DNA of 64,000 nt from Cycas panzhihuaensis (Eukaryota; Plantae; Cycadophyta), in assembly GCA_023213395.1 (NCBI GenBank), contig CM041465.1, forward strand, positions 205,537,741-205,601,740. Reading direction: 5' to 3'. Both the position numbers and the translations under genes were made by a program. The notes under the pieces were generated by a model. The model made no database searches and was not told the DNA's origin. It saw only the letters and a list, made by a program, of their open reading frames with translations. Positions 51,544 to 63,349 of the stretch are shown here, piece by piece. Position 1 is the first letter of the stretch, and every line of letters begins with the position of its first letter.

Positions 51544-54500
51544 ATGGCTAAACCAAAGTAAGAGATAGAGAAAAGGTTCATGAAGATGAGCAAAACCTTG
51601 ATAGGTTAACTCAACTTATGGCATAACTTATTTCTCAGTAAGGTGCATCTTCTTCAATAGCCAAAGGCAAGAAGAAGGAAGAAGATGAAGTAGTAAAAGA
51701 AGAGACAAGTAAAGGACCTGCAGAAGACCAACAAGCTAAGGAAGAAGAAGATGACAATCCATTGATGGTAGTATATCCATTCAAGATAGAAGCAAAACTT
51801 GAACTACCTATCTATGATGGAACCTTAGATGCTAAAAAGTTAGATCATTGGTTGGACCAACCAAAAAGATACTTTTTAATTTATGGATACAAAAACTAGC
51901 AAAAAATTACTTTTTCTAGGTTAAAACTATCTAAACATATATTAGTTTGGTGGAATGCATACCTTAAATCCCATAATATGGCTAAAATCATATGGTAGTG
52001 ATTTAAAGTACTCATAAAGAAGCAATTCTATCCTATTAGATATGAAGAGTAGTAGAGGATTAAATGGTAGTATTATTGATACGAAAGAGGCCAAAATGTC
52101 TAAGATTATATAACAAAATTTTAAAAATTAGCTATTATATAAGGCATCTCTTTACTTGGTAAAGATATAATACTACAATATATAAGTGGGTTGCACCAGC
52201 ATATTAGGTAAGAACTTCAATTGTTTAAAGTAAAATTGCTTAATAAAGCTAGCAAGAAAGCAATTGCCATAGAGAAGAGCAACAAGAATGTTTTTATGGA
52301 GAGGAAAAGGTTTGCACCTCAAGAAGGTAGTAATAAACGTACCCAAAGAAAGAAGTTTCCAGTAAAAGTTGGGTAGTAATCAATTAGGGGTTTTGGTAAG
52401 AAAAATCAATCCAATACCACTTAAATTAAAGTCTCTTACACCCATTGCAAATGAGCGAGTCACAACATAGAAGATTATTGATTTCTACATTTAGAGAAGC
52501 AACCTAAGAACAAAGGAAAAGGTAAAGTCAAAGTTAAAGATAAAGCTTTACTTAATTCTATAGGAGATGAAGGAATTTACGGCACTAAAGCAGCCAATGA
52601 GAAGTTGATGCTCATGGCTAATGTTGAGCCTCAAAATAGCCTACAACAAGTTGATCTAGAGATCATAGAGAAGCTCTTCATGGTGAAAATCCAAGTGAAG
52701 CAAAGTATGGTCGATGCCATCTTTGATGGAAGAAGCAAAAGAATTTAATCTTAAAGGCATTAATGAAAAAGCTAGGATGAAAAATGCATGCACATCTAAA
52801 ACCATATCCTCTTGGATGGCTATAAAAAGACTCAGAGTTACAAGTTACTCACCAATGTAAGTTCAAATTTATAATTTCTAAAAAAATCATTGATGAAATT
52901 AAATGTGAAGTGGTTCCTTTGGATATTTGTCAAGTTGTATTTCATAGCCCATATATCTATGATAGAGATGGAATCCATCATAAGAGGTTGAGAAAGATTT
53001 GACTCATCAAGGATGGGAAATCATATTTGATTAATGCATCAAAGCTACAAAAGAAGATCTCCCTCACATCCTCCCAACAAGCAAAAAGGTTAACTAATGT
53101 TTGTGGGAAATTTGTGCTACTAATGGTGAATTAGAAGATGGAAGAAAAGGAGTAAGCAGAGTCCTTATTGTAGTTGCTAGATAGGAAACAATTACAGCAT
53201 ATTGAAGGCCTGAGGAATGGGTATAATGATATATTCTAGGAGCCAAAAGGGTTACCTCTTACAAGGGAAATTGAGCATGAAATCTAGTTGGTTGGCAATT
53301 AAAATTGCCCAATCTTAGTCTCTATCGAAATCCAGTTTTACAGAATAAAGAGATTAAGAAGTAGATTCAAGAACTCTTGGAATAAGAAGTGATCAATTTA
53401 GGTTGTTCTCCTTATGATTCACCTATTGTTTTGGTGCCAAAAAAATATGGAGGATGGAGAATGTGCATTGACTACCGGGCTTTGAACAAATTCACCATAA
53501 AGAATCGACATCCCCTACCATAGATAGATGACTTGTTGGACTAGTTGTAATTTATAAGATACTTCAATAATTTGGACCTAAAATCAAGCTACCATCAGGT
53601 TTGAATCTGGGAGGAGGATACTTAAAAGATAACCTTCAAATCGAAACAAGTATTGTTCAAATGGATGGTGATGCCTTTTGGTTTGTGCAACGCACCTGCC
53701 ACTTTCATGAGGTTGATGAATGAGGTATTAAGACCTTTCATTGATGATTTTGTTATTGTTTATCTAGATGATATTCTAATTTTCAGCCAGACTTGGGAGG
53801 AGCACCTCTAATATGTTGAGTAATTGCTCAAATTTATTCAAGAGTAGTAGTTGAAACTTAATCTAAAGAAGTACAAGTTTAGAAAGTAATCTCTCATCTT
53901 CTTGGGTTTTGTAATTGGAGGAGGAGAATTGAAGATTGAACCAGCAAAGATTAGGGTCATTCTCAATTAGCCCACACCCAAAGTAACCACATAGGTAATA
54001 AGTTTCATTGGTGTATGTCAATATTTAAGGAAATTTATTTTTAAATTCTCTCAAATTATAACACCTCTTCATGCATTGATTAGAGGACATGCAAAGTTCC
54101 TTTGGGGGAATGAATAAGATAAAGCCTTTAGGCTTTTGAAGTAAAAAATTTGTGAAGCACTGGTGTTAGTCTTATCCTCATTATAGAAACCATTCAAGTT
54201 AGAGACTGATGTTTTAGGCTATACCGTGGGAGCAGTATTGAAGCAAGATGGAAGACTAATAGCATATTATTCAGAGTCTTTTAATGGAGTTATTATAATC
54301 TACCGAACTTATGATAAGGAGATCTATGCATTGCACCAAGTAATTAAGCATTAGAGACCTTACTTGTTGTGAAAAGAGGTGGTCATCCATATTGACCACA
54401 AGCCATTGCAATTCTTGTAGACATAGTCCAAATTACAATAGGCCAGGTATATGAAGTGGATGTCTTATTTGCAGCAATTTCATATTGTTGTCAAATACAA

Positions 54501-56023
54501 AAAAGGCACATCAAACAAAATTGTAGACTTACTATTTAGACCTCTTTAATAGCATAGTATTTCTAGCTTGTTAGTAGCTCTACAATTTCAGCCTTTTTGC
54601 CATGATGAATATGCTAATTTATACTTAGAAGATGAGGTATTTAAGCCTATCTTGGAATAGTTATAATAAGGAAACATAGTTGCTAATTTTTAGCTAAGAA
54701 ATGGTCTACTTTTTAAGCATGACAAGCTTTGTATTCTAAAGCATGCAGACAGAATGAAGTAGGTAAGAGAAACTCACACCTCTCGAGTTGTAGGACACTT
54801 TAGAATGGGAAAAATATTGCTAAATTTGTAGCAATATATATATTGGCCTAATATACAGCAAGACGTGACTATAATAGTACAAGGATGTACATTGTGTAAC
54901 ATATCAAAGTTGACCAATAAGAAGTTAGGATTGTACACTCTACTTCTTATTCCATCACGACCATGGGAGAGCATTTTCATGAATTTATTTATGGATTATT
55001 TATTTGTAGTTATTGATCAATTTAGTAAAATAGTGATGTTGATTCCCTATAGGAAGATATATTTAGAAGAAGACATAGCTAGATTATTTTTTCAGCATGT
55101 TTGGAAATATTTTGGGCTTTCTAACTTAATCATTTATAATTGAGACAACAGATTTTTGAGTCATTTTTGGCAAACTCTTTAGGGAATGATGGACACAAAG
55201 TTGAAGATGAGTATGACCTTTCATCCTCAAATAAATGGCTAGACCAAAGTCATCAATAGGACGTTGTGTAATTGTTACGAGGATACAATGCCAAATATCC
55301 TAAGACTTGGGATGAAAGTCTCCCATACCTATAATTTGGCTTCAATATAAAAGTCCATAGTTCAACTCATAAATTACCATTTGAGGTATGCTTGGGATTT
55401 CTACCTGCAAGTCTATTTGATTTAGAATTTTCAACTCAACTTACTATAGGAAATAGAAAGGAGAAAGGAGAAGAGAAGGCACAAAGATTCTTGGAAAGAA
55501 TCAGAAAAATACATTAACAGGTTAAGGAGCAGCTTCAAAAATCTCAACAAAGATATAAAAAAATGCATGATGCACATAGAACCACCCATTCCTGTAAGGA
55601 AGAAGATCAAGTTTGGTTGCATCTTAGTAAGAAAAGATTGTAAGATGAAGGCAAAAAGTTGAAGCCTATACATTATGGTCCTTTTACAATCTTGAAGAAG
55701 ATTAAGAAAAGTGCTTTCTAGCTTGAACTTCTAGAATTTATAAAGATATATTCAATTATGAATGTTGAGAATCTGAAGACGTTCAAGCCATCCATGTTGG
55801 ATGAAGATGAAGATAGAGTTTTACTCTTGCCAAATCCAAAGGAGTTATGAGTGGAGAAAGAAGAACTAATGAAAAATTAGTACATTCTTTAAAAGAAGTA
55901 GACCATGACTAGAAGAGGCATAATTGAGTCCTTCAAGATTATAGAGAAAAGACAAGTGTCCAACAAAGCAAAATGGTATAGCATGGAGAAGGGCATAATT
56001 AAATTCCCTCATTTAAAATTATA
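51544..56023 (+). pseudogene. gag-pol of gypsy L, disrupted
   Basis: PFKIEAKLELPIYDG; KPYPLGW; [12 protein letters not shown]; [17 protein letters not shown]; YLDDILIF; RPWESI; chromodomain-like tail TRRG..KAKWYS..FPHL. Confidence 0.93.
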
Positions 56024-56205
56024 AGGTTCATGAGGCTATGAACTCCTAAAATGGGGGAGTGCTAATCTAATTTTGGATCTATTAACTTCATGATACTCTT
56101 CAAAATGAGTATAAAAATATTTGGTAGTATTTATTTTCATATTGCCAACCTTCATTTGATGGAAAAATATTATTTTGACTCATAAAATGTGAAAAAAATG
56201 CATTC

Positions 56206-56368
56206 TAGTATAATTAGTCTAGTCTTTGGTATGATTAGTCCAATCCTTGGTGTGACCAGCTAATCCTCGATGCGACCAATCTAGTCCTTGATGTGACTAG
56301 TCCAATCCTCTATGTGACTAGACCAGTAGCCGGTGTGACTAGGTTTTACCAGGGTATGACTAGTCCCA
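56206..56368 (+). repeat. ~21-bp tandem repeat in the 3' LTR of L
   Basis: Same unit as 50378-50520, apparently one unit longer. Confidence 0.85.
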
Positions 56369-58096
56369 TTTTTTATATGACCCAAAAATGATAACCTCAC
56401 ATAAAAATGTAATTTGACAGAGAAAATAGACTTTGTTTATCATGAAAATTTAGGAGGATATTCATAAAAATATCTTATACTTAATAGCAGAAAGAAATCA
56501 TAGATTTTAACTAATTTAAGTTAATTTTTAGTCAATTGAATGGATAGTTAGAAACATAAAAGAGAAAAATGGAAAGAACAATTTTTCGAAGAGGAATGAA
56601 CTTAGAAACAGTAGAAATACTGCCCAGATTTATTGAGGAAGGTAAGAGAAGCACCCAACAATCTTAGAAACAATGAGAGGAGTAAGAAATTTGGGGAGAA
56701 AGCTCTGAATAGTAGCCTAAACATAATTTTGATCTTAAAACAAGAATGCACAAGGAAAACAGATAAAAACAAAGGCACAATAGCAAAATGGATAGGAAAG
56801 AGCAAAGAAAAAATGCCCAGATTTATCCATGAGGTACAAGAGGAGTCCAAAAAAGTTTAAGCATAGTCAGTAAAGGAGGACAACGATTGGAGCAATCATT
56901 AAAAGATGCCTAAAGTTGAAAGAGTTTTCTAGAAAGCTTTTTATGGCTAAATGGAGGATAGAACCTCGCACCATAGTCTTTGAAAAATGTACCAAAGAGT
57001 ATGCAACAGCCCAAAACATGCGCAACATTTATTAATCCATCCCTAATTACTGTACCAATGTAGAAAGAGTGTAACAATATGTATAAGAAATAAGATTTTA
57101 TAAGAAAAATAAAATATTTCTAAATATAATGTATTCTATTGTATATTGAATATGAAGTTGTTTCAATTGGTTTAAGTTTTCACATTTCCATTCAAATTCA
57201 GATCAATAACACCCCAAATGATGTATTAACCAATGGTTGCAACACTTTGTATTCATGCCCTTTAGCTTAACATTCATTAGTCATCACTTAATGTTAACCA
57301 TAAGTGGTTAATCTTAATTGCCACTTTAACAATATCTATTATATCCAATGTAAATATCCCTTGGAAACCTAATTGAATTTGATTGCATACAACATAGTCT
57401 ATTAGTATTATAAAAATTAGTTATCATTATGACAATATTACATTTCTGTAGGGTGGCTTATTTTTGGATTAATGGAAGTATTTTCATAAGGGTTTCTTTC
57501 TTATTTTAGGTGTAATTATTTATTATGGTCTACCATGTACCATATAACATTGACATCTTGCTCTTTATAAATGATGTAATTGGGATTGTATATTTCCATG
57601 CACTTAAGAGGGGTTGCATATATGACTAAAGGGTCCAAATAATTTGTTGTTATTCTCATGAAATCCTTGGTTGGAGTTTGTTCTTGTTAAAGTTATTAAT
57701 GTTATCTTTATAAGGTATCTTCATTTAGATTAAAATATTATTATTAAGGTTAATGCTATATTATGAGATTCATTGAAATAGAACTGCACATTGTAACAAA
57801 CCTTTACCTCCTTAAATCTATCCTCATGGATTCTAGGAGGTTGGTAAGAATCAGGTTAGGTTGGTCAAGGTTTTGATATGAAGGTAGAGATTGTACGAAA
57901 GTCTGGCTTACTAGCAATACACAAAGAGAGGATGAAATCCTTCTTCTCCAATATGGTTATATATATTTATTTATTAAATTTATATTATAAACTATACTTT
58001 TGAGGTGTTTTTTTCTCCCTTAAAGGGGTTTTTCATGTGCCAATTATGTGCACTGTGAATGTTTATTTATTTACTCTTTAAACCCTCTCTTTAACA

Positions 58097-58108
58097 TGGT
58101 ATCAGAGC
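58097..58108 (+). promoter_or_regulatory. tRNA-iMet primer-binding site of copia M
   Basis: TGGTATCAGAGC directly after the ...CA LTR end. Confidence 0.95.
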
Positions 58109-58586
58109 AGGGTTTTAAAGTAGGAATTTGGAGCCTAGTATTAGAATATAGAGATAGCTAATTTGTGAAGCCATTACAACAAATTAGAACTTGAATAAGA
58201 AACTAAAATACCCTCAATAAAGTTGTCTCAATCAAGCATTAGGAACAAAAGGGCTAATCGGTTCCTTTCAGCGATTAGGGTTGTTTGTATACATGCTTAA
58301 AGCTGGGAACTTGTCTTTTATTGATTTTTTAAGGAGGAGGCAGCTTGTTGGAATGAAATCAATTATCCATTGAAGGACCTACCTGTATGTGCCTATGCAT
58401 TAACATCTCTCTACATATAAGGAAAAGAAGTCTCTTATATGGAGACGTCTACATGCAGGCCTGCCATAAACTCATTCGAAGTTGTAGACTATAATATAAA
58501 GAAAGAACACATGTAGATGGAGTCAAAGAACTCATGCAAATGCTCAATGTAGATACAGAGAAACTAGTTGTTCCTTCAAATGAGAA

Positions 58587-58905
58587 ATGCCTTCTCCACC
58601 TACCTGCCATGGTGATTAAACCTAGATGCCAAAAGGTGAAGATGCCACGTAGATGCCTTCTCCACTTGTTTGCCATGGTGATTAAATAAGGCTATATAAA
58701 CACCTTCTCCACCTACTTGCCACAATGATTAAACCTAGATACCAAAAGATGAAGAGACCACAAAGATGCCTTCTCCACTTACCTGCCACGATCATTAAAG
58801 CTAGATGCCAGAAGATAAAGAGGCCACAAAGATGCCTTCTCCACCTACTTGCCATATTGATTAAACTAGAACACGCTAATGCCTTCTCCACCTACCTACC
58901 ACAGT
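58587..58905 (+). repeat. Tandem array: six copies of a 34-bp core with unit lengths 66, 47, 66, 66, 47
   Basis: Core ATGCCTTCTCCACCTACYTGCCAYRRTGATTAAA starting at 58587, 58653, 58700, 58766, 58832 and 58879 (last copy partial). Confidence 0.93.
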
Positions 58906-59145
58906 GAATATCCTAATCAATTTAAAGAAGATGAAGGAAATTTAAAGGAGATTATCTATCGCCACATTGGTAAAGTTGTAGAATAAACTTGATTAGGATT
59001 ACTCCATCCTGCCAGACATTAAAACACATTAAAATATAACATAAAGTTTTTGCAAGCACAAAAACATTTCAATATACCTTTATATTATTTCAGATATATT
59101 AGAATTTATCTTTTATTTATTTATTTATTTTCTAAAGTTCATGTT

Positions 59146-62100
59146 TTTTTTTTTATAAGATAAAATGAATTTTTAGTGGGTTTGAAATAGGACCCCATAA
59201 CCTATTACATCAAGAAATTTTGTGCAACCAAGTTTTATATGACCGTGACAACCCCGCGGTCTAGGCCAGAGAGCTAGATGCCAGGACAAGCCCCACGACT
59301 AGCTGTTACAGATCATATCCTTCTCTACCAGAACCATGAGGTCCCTAGGGAAATCACTCTTCCACACTTGACCTTTCCTGTGCCTCACTCCCCAGTTTGC
59401 CAAAAAGTCAGCTGGTTTGTTTCCTTCTCTCAAAGTATGCCTTATACGGACATCTGCCAACCCCTTAATGATGTCTTTGGCATCATTAAATAAGGGCTGG
59501 AATCTCTAGTCTGGGAGGGCCTCACCTTTCAGCGTGTTTAACACAACCTCTGAATCCCCCTCAATTACCAAACGCTAAATATTTCCTTCAACAACTAGAT
59601 TTAGAGCTTTAAGCATGGCATGCATCTCCACATAATGGTTTGTTTGGCATTCATAGTAATCTGCAAAGGCCCAAATTGGGGAACCATTGTAGTCCCTACA
59701 AATACCCCCTCCCCCAGCTTCCCCGGGGTTCCCTTTTGTTGCCCCATTGAAGTTGATTTTGATCTATGGCTCCTCAGGTGGTTGCCAACTACTACATCTG
59801 GGCTTTGCAATCTTAAATATAGGCTCTATATCCCATTTACTCAGAATCCTATTCTCAGACAGGGATATGCGCTTTTCATTAACATTTCTGACATTTTCTC
59901 TAATGTCCATACAGATTCTATTGAAAATGGCAATCTGATCCATTTGATTCACCTGGAAAATCCTACGGTTCCTCTCTTTCCATATGTTCCATGCCAGTAT
60001 CGAAAGTGCACTCTTCTAAATCTGACAATGTTACCTTACGAATGGGCTTAGCGGTGTAAGCCAAAGGTCAATGGTGTTTTCTGAGAATGTCCAACAAACC
60101 TCTAGTTTTCCAAGCAGCATCCTCCATACCTCCCTTGTGTAAGAGCACTCAAGGAAGATATGGTCCATGGATTCCTCTTCTGTGTAACATAAAATACATC
60201 TATTTGCCAACATAAAACCTCTCTTTTTGAGATTATCAACTGTGAGTGTTTTATTCATAAGACAGGTCCACCAGAATATAATAATCTTAGGAATGGTAAG
60301 GAGCCTCCAGACACCTTCAAGGATTGGATTACTCTGATCCCCTCTTGTTAAACATAAATAATGGTATCCTTATTTAGCAGTGGATTCCTCGGATGAGCTC
60401 AGAGGCCACACAACCGAATCCGGCGAAGGCATTCTAGGGATGTAACTCTTACCTAGAATCCTTTTGATCTTATTAAGGCCCTTTTGCAATCTTTCTCCTT
60501 GGATTTCCTCTAGAGTCCTCCAGCTCCTATTTTTTCCATTCCCAGACCAATAATCCTTTACATGTATGTCGTAATGCCTTACACAAGGACCCATGATAGG
60601 TTCCAAGTCTAGGTAATCCTTTAGCGCTTTATCGCAGCACCATGCATCCTCCCAGAATCTAATGGAGTTGCCATCTCCTAGTCTCCATTTCAGGCCATTC
60701 CTTATAGCTTTCCAAGCTTTAAGAATGCTCCTCCAGACAGTTGAGCCAACCTGCGAAACATCATTATTAGTAAGAGAGCCCCCTTGGATATGTTTTCTTG
60801 TTAGGATCTTCTCCCATAGTCTCTCACCGCCTTTGAATAGTAGCCAACCCAACTTTGCCCCTAGAGCAACGTTGAAGGGAGAAAGCCTTCTCAGATTAAG
60901 GCCGCTAGCCTATTTCGGAGTACAAACTTTATTCCAGCTTACCAAATGTATCCTATCTTTGATTTCAACCCCAGACCATAGGAACCTCTTCTGAATAGAT
61001 TTAATAATGTCAGAAATGCCTGCCGGAACTCTAAAGATGGACATCCAAAAAATAGGGATGCTGTGTAGCATGGAAGCAACAAGCTAGAGTTTTCCAGCTA
61101 GACTTAAGAGGGTGCCTTTCCAGCCTGCCAACTTCCTTTGCATCCTATCGATAAGGGGGTTCCACATATCCTTGGTCATCTTCCCAACAAAGAGGGGCAT
61201 ACCAAGGTAAGTTGTGGGGAGCTTTTTAATGCTCATCTCTAGGATTCTATTGATCCTACCTTGGGTATGGCCTGAGGTATTTATAAAGAAGACATTACTC
61301 TTATTCAGACTTATCTTTTGATTCGTGGCCTTCTCGAAATGGCCCAAGATCTCTTTAAATTTGGAAGCCTCACTTAAAGCAGCCTTCTCTAAGAAAATAT
61401 TATCGTCCACAAATTGATGATGGACCACATTATCCACCCCAAATGTTGGTTTAATACCGTTTATGACCCCTTGTCTCCTAGCGGACTCCAGGGTTCTACC
61501 CAGTAATTCAGCCATCGTGATATACAAGAAAGGAGAGAGAGGGTCACCCTGCCTCAACCCCCTAAATCAAGGAAAAAAGCTGGAAGATGAGCCATTGACT
61601 GAGAATTGCGGGTTACCAATACATAGTTTTATCCATGACTGCCAAGTCTCCCTAAAACCAAAAGCCCTTAGGCAATCTAGTAAACACTCCCAGGAGACCT
61701 TATCAAAGGCCTTCGTGAGATCAATCTTAATGAGCATCACGGGCTCTTTCCTTTCTGCGGCTGAGTGGATTGTTTCATGGACAACAATATAGCCATCGTA
61801 GATCTGTCTGCCCCAAAGAAAACCATCTTAGTTCTGGGAAATGATGTTTGGCATAATTTTCTTTACTATGTTGACTAGAACCTTGGTTATGATTTTGTAT
61901 TTAACATTGCAGAGACTAATGGGGTGAAATTCTTCCATCCTTTTTGCCCTGTCTTTTTTAGGGATGAGAACAAGGAATGTAGTATGCCACTCCTGCAAGA
62001 TCTTTCTATTTACGTAGAACTCCTGCAACGCTTCCATAAGATCCCCCTTAATAATGTCCCAGAACTCTTGAAAAAACCCCAGAGGGAAACCATCAGGGCC

Positions 62101-62423
62101 TGGGGCTTTATCTTTCTTCATGCGAGAGAGCATCGCCCTAACCTCGTCCTGGGTGAATGGAGTTGCAAGCTAAGCATTTTAAGCATCATTCACCAAATAG
62201 GAGATATTGTTAAGGAAGTCCTTCCTCCTTTCCTCGTCCCCATCTAGTGGTTCAGCAAATAGGTCCTTGAAATATTCGCTGGCTAGCTCCTTCATGCCCT
62301 CTACTGAACTAACTACAGATCCATCGTCCTTTTGAAGACTACTAATTCTATTGTTCGCTTTATGTTTTGCTATGGTCATATGGAAAAATCTAGTATTTCT
62401 GTCTCCTTCGGCCAGCCACAGGG
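59146..62423 (-). mobile_element. 5'-truncated L1 LINE (ORF2 RT, zf-RVT and RNase H-like domain) with poly(A) tail and 16-bp TSD
   Basis: TSD TTCTAAAGTTCATGTT at 59130-59145 and 62424-62439; poly-T 59144-59154. RQGDPLSPFLY and HHQFVDD; LTVDNLKKRG..RCILC..ESMDHIFLEC; KINFNGATKGNPG..VIEGDSEVV. Confidence 0.96.
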
Positions 62424-63349
62424 TTCTAAAGTTCATGTTAAATCAAACTAAATTATCTTATTATTTCAGGTCCATAAATCATTAGCCCCCTACCCTCTAG
62501 CCCCCCCAGTCACCTTTAACTCTCATGTGACCTTAATCTAATTATAAATAAAGGAGCCTCTTCCCTATTTCATATTTATTGATTTTTCTTAAGGGGGGTA
62601 CCTATACCTTTTCCTCGATAACTTTCTTATTCGTAGTCCAAAATCAATTCTGAAAGAAGTGTTAGATTCTTGACTCAGATGTCGATGTATTAACTACCTA
62701 TTTGATCCATTCTGATACCATTTCAATATACAAACTCATGCCTGAAGTTAAGCCTCCATTTGCAACTAGGTAAGTTGAGGTATATGATATTCCTTTACAA
62801 ATATCCTTATAAATACTTTAGATTCTTTATTTTTAATTAGTAAACAATTAATTACTTATTAATAATTTAACAAATTTCATTATTTATCATAAAATTTTTT
62901 ACGCATTATATGCAGTCTATATATAATCAATCAATATAAACTTTTTCCAATACAAACATAAAATTCTTATATGTTTGATTAATTTTCCTAAAATATTTAA
63001 TTAAAAATTCATTGATTCTTGATCAATAATTATCATTTAAGTCTTTTTTATTTTTAATCAATAAAAAATCAATTCATGTATGTTTAAAGTGGTATGGAAA
63101 ATTAATTTATGCTTAGGTGACAATGTTAATGATATTATGTTTGTAATTTAAGTTTATATTCAGTGGCAATATTAATAATATTATTATAATTTGAGTTTAT
63201 GTTCAATGATAATATTAATAAGTTTATTTTAGTAACACACCTATTTTTCTAAATGAACCTTAGATTGTAAAAATAAAAATTAATTTCATTCAAAAGTCTT
63301 TAACATTTTTTTTCTAAAAGAGGTTCTTTTGTCATTGGTTTATCCCAAA

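Larger units (their letters stand above)
50234..57205 (+). mobile_element. Full-length Ty3/gypsy chromovirus L (CRM-like), inserted in the 5' LTR of K
   Basis: LTRs 50234-51356 and 56063-57205; PBS TGGTATCAAAGC 51364-51375; PPT GGGGGAG 56053-56059; perfect TSD ATAAC (50229-50233 / 57206-57210). Confidence 0.95.
47779..57331 (-). mobile_element. Non-autonomous copia-type LTR element K (~1.9-kb internal region with only vestigial pol), host of gypsy L
   Basis: 3' LTR 47779-48131; 5' LTR split into 50024-50233 and 57206-57331; reverse PBS ACTATGATACCA 50012-50023; reverse PPT CCCCCCCCTTTAAT from 48132; TSD GTATC/ATATC. Confidence 0.85.

Noticed and set aside
56602-56860. ORFs inside the LTR of gypsy L
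   Set aside because: Not kept open in the sister LTR (50740-51010); low-complexity purine-rich sequence.
58097-58108. TGGTATCAGAGC matches as tRNA genes
   Set aside because: Only the 12-nt complement of the tRNA-iMet 3' end, always beside an LTR; these are primer-binding sites.
58587-58905. CRISPR-like appearance (34-bp repeat with ~32-bp spacers)
   Set aside because: The long spacers are copies of one another, spacer lengths are bimodal, there are no cas genes, and the context is a plant retrotransposon leader.
58449-58907. Repetitive ORFs (58449-58676, 58682-58891, 58725-58907) as repeat proteins
   Set aside because: By-products of the 66-bp unit; the 47-bp units break the frame.
59278-62247. 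Plus-strand ORFs over the right LINE
   Set aside because: Antisense shadows of ORF2.
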